A stretch of DNA of 20,000 bases from an uncultured virus (IMG/VR IMGVR_UViG_3300042006_000071) (Duplodnaviria; Heunggongvirae; Uroviricota; Caudoviricetes): IMG/VR virus record IMGVR_UViG_3300042006_000071; one strand, 5' to 3'. The stretch's first letter is position 1; every line of letters begins with the position of its first letter. This document shows, in pieces, positions 9,228 through 16,928 of this stretch. The notes under the pieces are model-generated. The model was not told the origin of the DNA. It worked only from the letters and a program-made list of their open reading frames with translations, and searched no databases. The translations under genes and the position numbers were made by a program.

Positions 9228-9433
9228 TAGATTCGTTCCTTGATTAGCTGTTGCAGCGAGCGCTGCGGCAGACGGAGGATGTCTGCGACGTGGTAGCGGT
9301 GATACGGTTGCAGCGGGCGGGAGCCGTTGCGGTAGGCGGCGTATGTAGGGTACGCGATGCCTATCAGCTTGCAGGCTTGCGGAGGGCCGAGGCCCACGGC
9401 TTCCTCAAACTTGACAAGAATTTTGTTGACCAT
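9227..9433 (-). CDS. Small HTH DNA-binding protein
   Basis: 68 aa. PPQACKLIGIAYPTYAAYRNGSR fits an XRE/Cro-like HTH. Translationally coupled to terS. Confidence 0.7.
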   Translation of the reverse strand: MVNKILVKFEEAVGLGPPQACKLIGIAYPTYAAYRNGSRPLQPYHRYHVADILRLPQRSLQQLIKERI

Positions 9434-9434
9434 G

Positions 9435-9473
9435 AAATAAAAATCCCCACCTATCCAATGAATAGGTGAGGAT
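9435..9473 (-). terminator. Intrinsic terminator-like hairpin ending the replication block and occluding the RBS of the HTH gene
   Basis: Minus strand ATCCTCACCTAT-TCATTGG-ATAGGTGGGGAT (12-bp stem, one U-G pair) followed by TTTTATTT, then C-ATG. Confidence 0.7.
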
Positions 9474-9497
9474 AATAACCGCGTTCGGCCTTGTCAG
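9469..9497 (-). promoter_or_regulatory. Putative sigma70-type promoter for the packaging/head operon
   Basis: CTGACA (9497-9492) - 17 nt - TATCCT (9474-9469) in the only intergenic gap before the late genes. Confidence 0.55.
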
Positions 9498-9504
9498 TAC
9501 GTTT

Positions 9505-11304
9505 TCAGAGTTCGTCGTAGCAGTCGGAGCCTGGGCCGCAAGGCCCGCCGATGTCGCCGCATTTCGGGCAGTGCTCGGTCGGCTCGTCGAAGCGTTCCTC
9601 GTCGGCCTCCTTGTCGGCGTAGTCGGTCAAGACCTCTCGCACCTCTTCCCACTCTTCCTGCGTCTTCGGCTGCGCCTTCATCTTCTTCAGCAGGGCCAGC
9701 AGTTTGCGTCGCATCTTCTTCAGAATCTTGAACAGCTTCTCCTGCACGTCGTCCTTGGCCTTCAGCACGTCCACCACTGTCTGATCCATCGTGTTCCGGC
9801 AGACGATGTGGATGACGGTGACGCGGTTCTTCTGGCCCTGGCGATCCAGGCGACCGATGAATTGCTGGTACAGTTCGAGCGACCAGATGATGTCGAAGAA
9901 GACGATGATGTGACCGCCTTGTTGGAGGTTCAGGCCGTGACCGCCGCTGGCCGGGTGCATCGCCAGCATTGGAATCTTCCCGGCGTTCCAGGGCTTCTTC
10001 AGCTTGCCGTCCTTGTCCATGATCTTCAACTGCGGGAAGGCTTTCTTCAGCCGATCCTTGGACGACTTGTGGTGGTAGGCGATCAGGATGGGCTGACCCT
10101 GCGCTTCCTCCACGATCTGCTTCAGCATTTCGATCTTGTGGTCGTGGATGCTGTGAACCTTCAACACCTTCACGTGATCGTCGTCTTCGGTCTGCCCTGG
10201 CCGCAACTGCACGTCGTACAGCACGCCGGACGCCATCTGCAACAACTTCTGCGACAACGCCGCCGCGTTTTCCGCCTTGACCACAGTGCCGTCGTCCAGC
10301 TTCAGCACCATGTCCTTTTCCATCGTCAGGTACTTGCGCATCTGCTCGTCGTCCATGTCCACGTAGCGGTTGACATAGACAGGCGGCACGGACGGCAGGT
10401 AGTCCTCACGCTTCATCACAAGGCAGATGTCGCTGATGCGGGCCAGGATCGACTTCTCCGCGCCGGGCAGCAGCTTCAGCTTGTGCGTGTACGGGCATTC
10501 CTTGAAATACTTCTCGCGGTAGTGTGTGATCTTGCGGCCCAGGCGGTCGCCTTTGTCGAGCAGGAAAATCTGCGAGAACAGACCCTCGTAGCCCTCGGTG
10601 GCCGGTGTCGCGGTCAGGATGTGCAGGCGCTTGATTGGCTCGCTCGGCTGCGTGCGCACGGACTTCAGCGCCTCGAAGCGGCCCGACTTGTGATCCTTGA
10701 AGCCGCTGCTCTCGTCGATGATGACGATCTCGTAGGGCCACTTGCTGCCGTAGAAGTCCACCAACCATTCCAACCAGTCGCGGCTGATGACGTGAATCTG
10801 GCGCTTGTTCGTCGCGCCCTCTTCGCGCAGCTTGATCTTCAGCGCGGCGCACGCCTGCTGCGCGGCCTTGTCGGCGTACTTCGACTTCTCCTGGCCGACG
10901 TAGCGCATCGCCTCCGCTTCGATCATCGCGTCGGCGCGCACCTGCTTCCACTTCTCCTTCAGGCGCTTGTCGTCGTCCTCCACGTGGATCACGTTCGGCT
11001 CGAACGGCGCGAGGTGACGCCACGTGCGGAACTCGTCGGGCCACGTGGTCAGCGCCACCTTCTTCGGGCCGACGATCAGCACCTTCTTGCCGTCCGTGAT
11101 CTCGAAGTCGTTCAGAAGATCGACGATCAGCGTGCCGCACGAAACGGTCTTGCCCAGGCCCATGTCGATGAACAGGCCGGAGAACGGGTTCGCCTTCAGG
11201 AACTCCAACGCCGTGTTCTGGTAGCCGTGCATGTCACTGCGTTCAAGGGTCACGTCCTTGAACAGATCGCGGATCGCACGGTCAATCGCGCTCAACTCAC
11301 TCAT
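9505..11304 (-). CDS. SNF2-family (SF2) DNA helicase
   Basis: DMGLGKT (motif I), IIDES (II), LTATP (III), HPASGGHGLNLQ (V), QFIGRLDRQGQ (VI). Confidence 0.93.
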   Translation of the reverse strand: MSELSAIDRAIRDLFKDVTLERSDMHGYQNTALEFLKANPFSGLFIDMGLGKTVSCGTLIVDLLNDFEITDGKKVLIVGPKKVALTTWPDEFRTWRHLAPFEPNVIHVEDDDKRLKEKWKQVRADAMIEAEAMRYVGQEKSKYADKAAQQACAALKIKLREEGATNKRQIHVISRDWLEWLVDFYGSKWPYEIVIIDESSGFKDHKSGRFEALKSVRTQPSEPIKRLHILTATPATEGYEGLFSQIFLLDKGDRLGRKITHYREKYFKECPYTHKLKLLPGAEKSILARISDICLVMKREDYLPSVPPVYVNRYVDMDDEQMRKYLTMEKDMVLKLDDGTVVKAENAAALSQKLLQMASGVLYDVQLRPGQTEDDDHVKVLKVHSIHDHKIEMLKQIVEEAQGQPILIAYHHKSSKDRLKKAFPQLKIMDKDGKLKKPWNAGKIPMLAMHPASGGHGLNLQQGGHIIVFFDIIWSLELYQQFIGRLDRQGQKNRVTVIHIVCRNTMDQTVVDVLKAKDDVQEKLFKILKKMRRKLLALLKKMKAQPKTQEEWEEVREVLTDYADKEADEERFDEPTEHCPKCGDIGGPCGPGSDCYDEL

Positions 11305-11594
11305 TTCAAAATCTCCATCGCGTCTTCGAGGTTATCCACGGTGAAGACCTCGGCACCGTGGGCGCGCATTTCTTCATGCACCGCCAGTTGCAGCGGGCGC
11401 GGTTCCTCGCCGTCCTGCTTGATCTCCATGAAGATGTGGCGCGAGCGGCGAATGCCGATGCGATCTGGCGGGCCGTCGTAGGCCGGTGACACGAACTTGA
11501 GCCACAGCCAGCCGCGCCGCTCGGCGTACAGCCTGATCTTCTCTTCCAGGCTGCTCTCCAACTGCTTCTTCGGTTTCCTATTCCGCCACTGCAT
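11301..11594 (-). CDS. VRR-NUC domain nuclease (putative junction resolvase)
   Basis: LESSLE...KFVSP..DGPPDRI...FMEIK...RPLQ motif. Start taken at ATG 11594 (MQWRN), overlapping the end of the polymerase gene. ATGA overlap with the helicase. Confidence 0.88.
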   Translation of the reverse strand: MQWRNRKPKKQLESSLEEKIRLYAERRGWLWLKFVSPAYDGPPDRIGIRRSRHIFMEIKQDGEEPRPLQLAVHEEMRAHGAEVFTVDNLEDAMEILK

Positions 11595-13752
11595 CTTGAT
11601 CCTCGTCTTCGTCTGCGTAGCCGCGTTCTTCCTGGCACGCTTTGCAGGTGCGCATGTCGTGCGGCGGCTCCTTGTATTCGACCCACGCCTCGCGCACCTC
11701 TTTCTCCGCACGGTCGCACAGGGACTTCCGTGTCTTGAGATCGACGAGGTGAACGGTCTTCTGCTTCGGCAGCGCGGCCCACACGAAGCCGCTGCGGTTG
11801 GCCTGCTTCGGATCGCGGATCGACAGGCCGATGTCGTGCAGGCGGGCGTATGCCTCGCGCACGTACCATGCGTAGTCGATATCGTCGGGGAACTCTTCGG
11901 GCAAGTCCAGGCACGCCCGCGCGTTCATGGTGCCGCCGATCCGGCCATTGCGGTCGTTGTAGAACGGGCCGACGCACTCGCTGCTGATGTACCAGCGGAT
12001 CATGTTGCCGATCTTCTCGCCGTCGCCGTAGAACGCGCCGTTCTTCAACTGGCGCACCGCGACGAATTGCGTGATGTCTTCGCAGTCGAGGATCGTGCGC
12101 TCGATGTCCGTGCCGTGCATCAGGTAGTCCACCACGGCTTGCGAGCAGATGTCGAACGTTGGGTCGTGTTTGTCTTGCAGGCCCGCCTTGGCGAACAGCC
12201 CTTTGCGCTTGGCCTTCTTCACCTCGCCGGTCTTCTCGTCGCGCACCAGGGCGATGTAGGAGTTCACGTCGCGGCTGTACACCCCGGCGTAATCTACCTC
12301 TTCAGTTTGGAGCGAGCATTCGCACTCCCAGTCGAACACGATGGCGGTGAAGAGGCCGTAGCGATCCTTGTCCATCACGGTCACGATGCCGTCAGTGTTG
12401 GCACTAATCACGTCGAACTTGGCCGCGTGCAGCCGTTCGATCAGCATCAGCAGCGACAACTGGCCGGTGATGGTCGTCGAGATCATCATCTTCGGCGCGT
12501 ACAGGATCGAGTAGGGCGAGCCTGCTTTACCGAAGGTGCCGTTGTTCACAATCTTGAAGGTGCCGGACTGCCGGTCGTATTCGATCCAGACCTCTTCCGG
12601 CTCGCCGTTGTCCTTCAACACCTGGGCCTTGAACTTGAACACGTCGCGCTTCTCCACTGACTCGGTGAAGATCGGCGTGAAGAAGCCCTTCAGTGAATCC
12701 GGCTCATATCCGCAGGCCAGCATCAGGCGCGGGTAGTAGGCGCGCACGTCGCGGTCTTTGATAAGCGTGTCTGCGTCGGCCACGTAACTGCGGCGGTGCT
12801 CCTGCGAGTGCAGCCCGCCAATGCCCATCTTGTAGTCGGTGAAGCCGATGCGAATCTTGAGCGCCTTGATTTCCTTCGGCAGCTTCACGACGCCCCACTC
12901 TTTCTTGTTCTTCTGGTTGTGGGCCTTGATCTCGAAGTCACAGTTGACGATGGCTTCGAGCGCGTCCTGCAACTGCTTCGTCTTGAAGTGAATGAACGAT
13001 GGCGGCTCGTACTTGAACTTCATCGTCCGTACCTTCGGGCGCGGCGGCGGCTCGCCAGTCTCGCGCTCGTACTTGACCTTGAACTGGGCCTCGGCCATCT
13101 GCGCGTCGGACTTGCTGCGCACGTCCACCTGCAACTCGTTCGACATATAGGCGCGGGCCTCCAACTCAGTCTTCAGGCGGCGGCGCAGTTCGGACGTGGT
13201 GGCAAGGTCGTTCTTCAGGTAGCGGATGACCTTCGGGCGATCCTGGGGCCGCAACGGTTGGTCAAACGGGATTGGGGTTTCAGCGAGGCGCGGCATGTTC
13301 ATGCGAGCGCCGTACTTCTTCAGCGACAGGCGCACGCCGGGCGCAGGCTCGAACAGGTCGATGTGATCCAGCCACCGGGGGATTTCGATCTCGAAGCGAT
13401 CCAGAATCTCCCAGGGTCGCAGCATCTTGTCGCCGCGCTTCTTGTTCTCGACGATGATGAAGTCGTTGAGCTTCTTCAGCATCGCGGGCGTGGTGCTTTT
13501 CTTCAGCGCGTAAAAGATCATCGGCAGATCGTAGGTCAGGCCGTTGAACGTGTAGATGCGGAATTTCTTCAGCACCTCGCGCAGCTTGTCGCGGTTGAGG
13601 GGATTGCCCTCGTAGTGTTCCAGCACCAGTGTCTTACCAGTCTCGATGTTCTCGAAACCGATGCACCAGTAATTCGGGAAGCATTCAGTGTCGCAGGACG
13701 CTTCCGGTTTTTCGACCATGAAGTCGATCTTCTTGTTGGTGTCACGTGGCAT
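11578..13752 (-). CDS. DNA polymerase with 3'-5' exonuclease domain, family-B-type motifs
   Basis: Exo motifs DTECF, TFNGLTYD and YLKND. Polymerase motifs DRDVRAYYP (A), KIVNNGTFGK (B), SANTDG (C). Confidence 0.92.
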   Translation of the reverse strand: MPRDTNKKIDFMVEKPEASCDTECFPNYWCIGFENIETGKTLVLEHYEGNPLNRDKLREVLKKFRIYTFNGLTYDLPMIFYALKKSTTPAMLKKLNDFIIVENKKRGDKMLRPWEILDRFEIEIPRWLDHIDLFEPAPGVRLSLKKYGARMNMPRLAETPIPFDQPLRPQDRPKVIRYLKNDLATTSELRRRLKTELEARAYMSNELQVDVRSKSDAQMAEAQFKVKYERETGEPPPRPKVRTMKFKYEPPSFIHFKTKQLQDALEAIVNCDFEIKAHNQKNKKEWGVVKLPKEIKALKIRIGFTDYKMGIGGLHSQEHRRSYVADADTLIKDRDVRAYYPRLMLACGYEPDSLKGFFTPIFTESVEKRDVFKFKAQVLKDNGEPEEVWIEYDRQSGTFKIVNNGTFGKAGSPYSILYAPKMMISTTITGQLSLLMLIERLHAAKFDVISANTDGIVTVMDKDRYGLFTAIVFDWECECSLQTEEVDYAGVYSRDVNSYIALVRDEKTGEVKKAKRKGLFAKAGLQDKHDPTFDICSQAVVDYLMHGTDIERTILDCEDITQFVAVRQLKNGAFYGDGEKIGNMIRWYISSECVGPFYNDRNGRIGGTMNARACLDLPEEFPDDIDYAWYVREAYARLHDIGLSIRDPKQANRSGFVWAALPKQKTVHLVDLKTRKSLCDRAEKEVREAWVEYKEPPHDMRTCKACQEERGYADEDEDQDAVAE

Positions 13753-13764
13753 AAAAGCGCTCCG

Positions 13765-13805
13765 AAAATGAACAGACCCGCAGAGGGTTAGTCTGCGGGC
13801 CTGTT
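13765..13805 (-). terminator. Terminator-like hairpin between SSB and polymerase genes
   Basis: Minus strand AACAGGCCCGCAGA-CTAACCC-TCTGCGGGTCTGTT (14-bp stem, one G-U pair) followed by CATTTT. Confidence 0.7.
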
Positions 13806-13818
13806 GTCCTACTTGGTG

Positions 13819-14490
13819 TTACAGATCATCGTTGTCGTCAGACCGGGACTTGCCGCGCTTGGACGACTTGCTTTCGCTGTCGTCACCATCGCCGTCATCC
13901 CAGGCGTCGGAGTCGTCGATGCGACCTTCACCGAACGATTCACCATCGTCGCGGAACTTCACGCCAACCAGGCCCGCGTTCACACGCTTGCCGTAGCCTT
14001 TGCCTACCTTCACGCCGTCCTGATACCAGATGCGAATCAGCACGTCGCAATAGCAGCCGCCATAGATCATTTCTTCGATGCGGTCTTCGTCGTCAACCGG
14101 GTCAAGAATGTCGCCATCAGCGGTACGGACGGTCGGGCGCTTGGATTCACGCGCCGACACGACCCAGTGGCCTTCGTATTCCTCACGGTCGGCATCGTCG
14201 CCGTCGCGCAGGAATCGGCGGTCGGCAGATACCTTGCCGCCGTCGTTGGCCTTGATGATCGCGGCGATCTGATCTTGCAGCGCTTCGATCAGTTCATTGT
14301 GCTTCTTGCCCTTTTCCAGCATGGCGACAATCCCGTAGGAGCCTTTCTTTTTCGGGTTGCCGTCATCGTCCTTGCCCTTGTAGGGGCGGGACAGGTGGGG
14401 GAAGGAGACACGCACGTTATCCAGGCGAGCGAAGAAGTCCTTGTAAATCACGCCGTTTTTGATACGTTCTTGAACGATAAGTTGAGCCAT
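13819..14490 (-). CDS. Single-stranded DNA-binding protein (DUF2815 / T7 gp2.5-like)
   Basis: NVRVSFPHL, LRDGD, IYGGCY, KRVNAGL.GVKF..DGESFG motifs and a long acidic C-terminal tail. Confidence 0.88.
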   Translation of the reverse strand: MAQLIVQERIKNGVIYKDFFARLDNVRVSFPHLSRPYKGKDDDGNPKKKGSYGIVAMLEKGKKHNELIEALQDQIAAIIKANDGGKVSADRRFLRDGDDADREEYEGHWVVSARESKRPTVRTADGDILDPVDDEDRIEEMIYGGCYCDVLIRIWYQDGVKVGKGYGKRVNAGLVGVKFRDDGESFGEGRIDDSDAWDDGDGDDSESKSSKRGKSRSDDNDDL

Positions 14491-14533
14491 TTTCGAGTCC
14501 TTTCGGTTTTCGGTTTATACGATTTATACGGTT

Positions 14534-15829
14534 TTAATCATCAAACGCGCCACCATCGCGCCCTTCGAGGAAAGCTGGCCGCTTGTCCACGATTGGAGCC
14601 AGGGTGGCTTTGCCAGGGGGCTTGTACACCAGCCCTTCCAGCAGGTCGGGCAAGTCTTTCGTCTTGTATCCGGCCTTACGCAGCAGTTCTTCAACCGCTG
14701 CGGGTGATGCGATGTCCTCGCTAACGAGGTCGTTGAGTTCCAGGCCCAGTTGCATCAGCTTCCGAAGTGCGACCTTCGGGTTGTGCCATGCGCGCCGTGA
14801 CCGGCCCTCCACTTGCTTCAGGATCGTCAGCCGCGCGCCATCTTCGGTGCGCTGCATCAGTTCCAAGTACACTTGCTTGAAGAAGCGCTCAACTGCTCCG
14901 CGCCACGTGTACAGCTTCTCCAACTCCGCTGTGGTCAGCGTTCCGACCTTCGCCAGCGCCGGGTCTTCCTCGGTCGCCAACTCCTTCTTGAACATGACCA
15001 TGCGCTTGAAGTCCACCGGCTTGCCTTCGGTGGTCATGTCGCCGCCCACCATGTCAAACACCACCTTCGCCTTGGCCGTGCAAGTGGCCTGCACGCGGCA
15101 CCACTGACACGCTTCCGGCGACGGCGTGCGCGGCGCACCTTGCACCCACGCTGCCGCTGCCTTCACCTTCACCTCCTTGGCGAAGTCCAGCAACTCTTCG
15201 CGGCTGATCTCCCAGTCGTCGAAGTTGTCCAGGCGAGGCTGGGCAATCCGAATGATGATGCGCTGGAAGTCGTACAGCCAGTCCCACTCGTAGAAGAATC
15301 CCAGCGCATACAGCATCGCCTGGGTGTTCTTCTCCGCATAGACCCACACGCCCTTACCCATCTTCAGATCGGTGATGACCATGAGGCCCGGCGAACAGGC
15401 CACGTGGTCGGCGGTGCCGCCCTGGTTCGGGATCGGCGTGAGCCGCGAGAAGTCAACGCGGGTTTCGACGAACTGCGAGCCGACCGTGCGGCGGCACCAC
15501 TTCACGTAGCGCTCCACATGATCCAGCATCACCTCGTCGATGCCGATAAAAAACCCGTACCCTGCGCCATCGACCCAGTAGGTCTTGTTCAGCAGGTGTA
15601 CGGGCTTCTTGCCGGTCTTGAGCCACACCTCCCCAACCATGTGACCCACGGTGCCGTAGGCCGCGTCCTCGCCGGAATCATCCGGCGCGAACAAATTGGG
15701 GATCAGCGAACCGGCGCAGTTGAGCCACATCTTCGAGGCGGAAGGAGCGAAGACCGAATGGCCGCCTTCCTCCACCGCCCGCATTGCGTCGCCGATCTGC
15801 GCGACGGTGAAGATGTGGTGCTCGGACAT
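14534..15829 (-). CDS. DUF2800 Cas4/RecB-like PD-(D/E)XK exonuclease
   Basis: HSVFAPSASKMWLNC, AAYGT..H, GTAD, ITDLKMGKG, NTQAMLYALG, and CQWC....C completing a four-Cys set. Confidence 0.9.
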   Translation of the reverse strand: MSEHHIFTVAQIGDAMRAVEEGGHSVFAPSASKMWLNCAGSLIPNLFAPDDSGEDAAYGTVGHMVGEVWLKTGKKPVHLLNKTYWVDGAGYGFFIGIDEVMLDHVERYVKWCRRTVGSQFVETRVDFSRLTPIPNQGGTADHVACSPGLMVITDLKMGKGVWVYAEKNTQAMLYALGFFYEWDWLYDFQRIIIRIAQPRLDNFDDWEISREELLDFAKEVKVKAAAAWVQGAPRTPSPEACQWCRVQATCTAKAKVVFDMVGGDMTTEGKPVDFKRMVMFKKELATEEDPALAKVGTLTTAELEKLYTWRGAVERFFKQVYLELMQRTEDGARLTILKQVEGRSRRAWHNPKVALRKLMQLGLELNDLVSEDIASPAAVEELLRKAGYKTKDLPDLLEGLVYKPPGKATLAPIVDKRPAFLEGRDGGAFDD

Positions 15830-16242
15830 TACAGGTTGTCGTCGCTGTCGCCGCCCGCTTCTTCAGCGGCCTTGTCCAGCTTGGCCTTGGCCTTCTTGTA
15901 GGCGGCTTCGATGTCGGAGTCGTCGATCTCGGCGAGGCGTTCGACCTCGAAGGACTTGATGATCGCCTTGGCGACAGGTGCGCCCAGGTCGTCCTTGACC
16001 TTGTTCATGATCGCGGTCAGTTCTTCGCGGGTGACTTTCTTGCCGCCCTTGCCGGTGGTCTTCGGCTTCTCTTCTTCTTCGCCGCCTTCCTCGGACTTAG
16101 CCTTGCCGGTGGCCTTGCCGGTGGTCTTGCCGGTGGACTTGGCTTCTTCCTTCTCGCCGGTCGCGCCGGACTTGCCGGTGTGGGCTGCGGTGTTGGCTTC
16201 CAGGGCTGCGATCAGTTTTTCGATCAGGGATTCGATTGCCAT
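15829..16242 (-). CDS. Conserved-position hypothetical protein (N-terminal helix, K/E/G/T linker, C-terminal helical domain)
   Basis: 137 aa, RBS AGGAG, TAATG coupling to the DUF2800 gene. Resembles the small helical proteins usually found upstream of DUF2800. Confidence 0.85.
   Translation of the reverse strand: MAIESLIEKLIAALEANTAAHTGKSGATGEKEEAKSTGKTTGKATGKAKSEEGGEEEEKPKTTGKGGKKVTREELTAIMNKVKDDLGAPVAKAIIKSFEVERLAEIDDSDIEAAYKKAKAKLDKAAEEAGGDSDDNL
16102..16137. repeat. 12-bp tandem repeat CTTGCCGGTGGN x3 encoding (S/T/A)TGK units
   Basis: Directly visible. Further partial copies near 16048 and 16171. Confidence 0.8.
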
Positions 16243-16254
16243 TTTTTGATGCTC

Positions 16255-16494
16255 CTATTTAGCGGCAGGTTCAATGACACGCTCTGCTTCTGCCTGCGGC
16301 AGAACGTGAGGTTGGAATACTTCGTCGGCCAGCACGTGATTCAAGGCTTCGAGCAACTGGGCCAATTTCAAAAGGGACTCTCGCCCAGGCACTCGAAGCC
16401 GCTGCTCCACATCTGCTTTCGTTTTAAGCAGACCACCCACGAACTCGCGGCGGCGGTTGAAAGCGAAGCTGGTGTTTTCGTAATCAATCGCCAT
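16255..16494 (-). CDS. Hypothetical protein, first gene of the leftward operon (79 aa)
   Basis: Start taken at ATG 16494 (GGAGATAGTGATG), downstream of the predicted promoter. Stop overlaps the next gene's RBS. Confidence 0.65.
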   Translation of the reverse strand: MAIDYENTSFAFNRRREFVGGLLKTKADVEQRLRVPGRESLLKLAQLLEALNHVLADEVFQPHVLPQAEAERVIEPAAK

Positions 16495-16538
16495 CACTAT
16501 CTCCATGAAATCAGTGTTGCAGGCTGCGACGGGATCGA

Positions 16539-16567
16539 ACTTTACAGACAACATTGATTGCTGTCAA
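16539..16567 (-). promoter_or_regulatory. sigma70-type leftward promoter for the replication operon
   Basis: TTGACA (16567-16562) - 17 nt - TAAAGT (16544-16539) in an AT-rich divergent gap. Confidence 0.75.
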
Positions 16568-16583
16568 TAGTTCGTGCAATAAT
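16554..16583 (+). promoter_or_regulatory. Possible rightward promoter for HTH-primase unit
   Basis: TTGATT (16554-16559) - 18 nt - AATAAT (16578-16583) preceded by TGC (extended -10-like). RBS AGGAGG at 16615-16620. Confidence 0.4.
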
Positions 16584-16628
16584 TCGTTCCACATTTTTTA
16601 TCAGTCTCAAAAACAGGAGGATTAGCGC

Positions 16629-16928
16629 ATGAAATTCGCAGACTGGGTACACGCCCCAGTGAAGGGTAAGCGGTTGAACGAGGCCACGGTGGCATCGAAT
16701 CGACTGAAGTACATCATCACGCACGCGGCGCTGCAAATCGGATGCCCGGCCACCGTCAGCGGTTTCGCCGAACGTGCGCAGGTGCCGCGCACGCACCTCT
16801 ATCACTACATCCGTCGCGGCACGTTCCCGCAGAAGACGGCTGAAGCCATCGAGCGCGTGATAGGCCGCAGCCTTATCTGCGCGGAGCACCTTGTATTCCC
16901 GATGAACATTGAAGTGGACGCCGAATGA
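16629..16928 (+). CDS. Cro-like HTH DNA-binding protein
   Basis: 99 aa, perfect AGGAGG RBS. TVSGFAERAQVPRTHLYHYIRRG...KTAEAIERVIG fits a Cro-type HTH. ATGA overlap with the primase. Confidence 0.78.
   Translation: MKFADWVHAPVKGKRLNEATVASNRLKYIITHAALQIGCPATVSGFAERAQVPRTHLYHYIRRGTFPQKTAEAIERVIGRSLICAEHLVFPMNIEVDAE

Noticed and set aside
4492..11481. Very long plus-strand ORFs (4492-6492, 6428-8359, 9466-11481)
   Set aside because: They are antisense shadows of portal, TerL and helicase. High-GC codon usage suppresses antisense stops, and the products have no recognisable motifs or RBS.
11595..11711. ORF-track N-terminal extensions of VRR-NUC (also gpW 6468, TerL 8542, FI-like 1530, ORF 16554)
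   Set aside because: They overlap upstream genes or regulatory elements. Downstream ATGs with better RBS or coupling give more plausible starts.
14534..15829. CRISPR-Cas system suggested by the Cas4-like gene
   Set aside because: No repeat-spacer array or other cas genes in the window.
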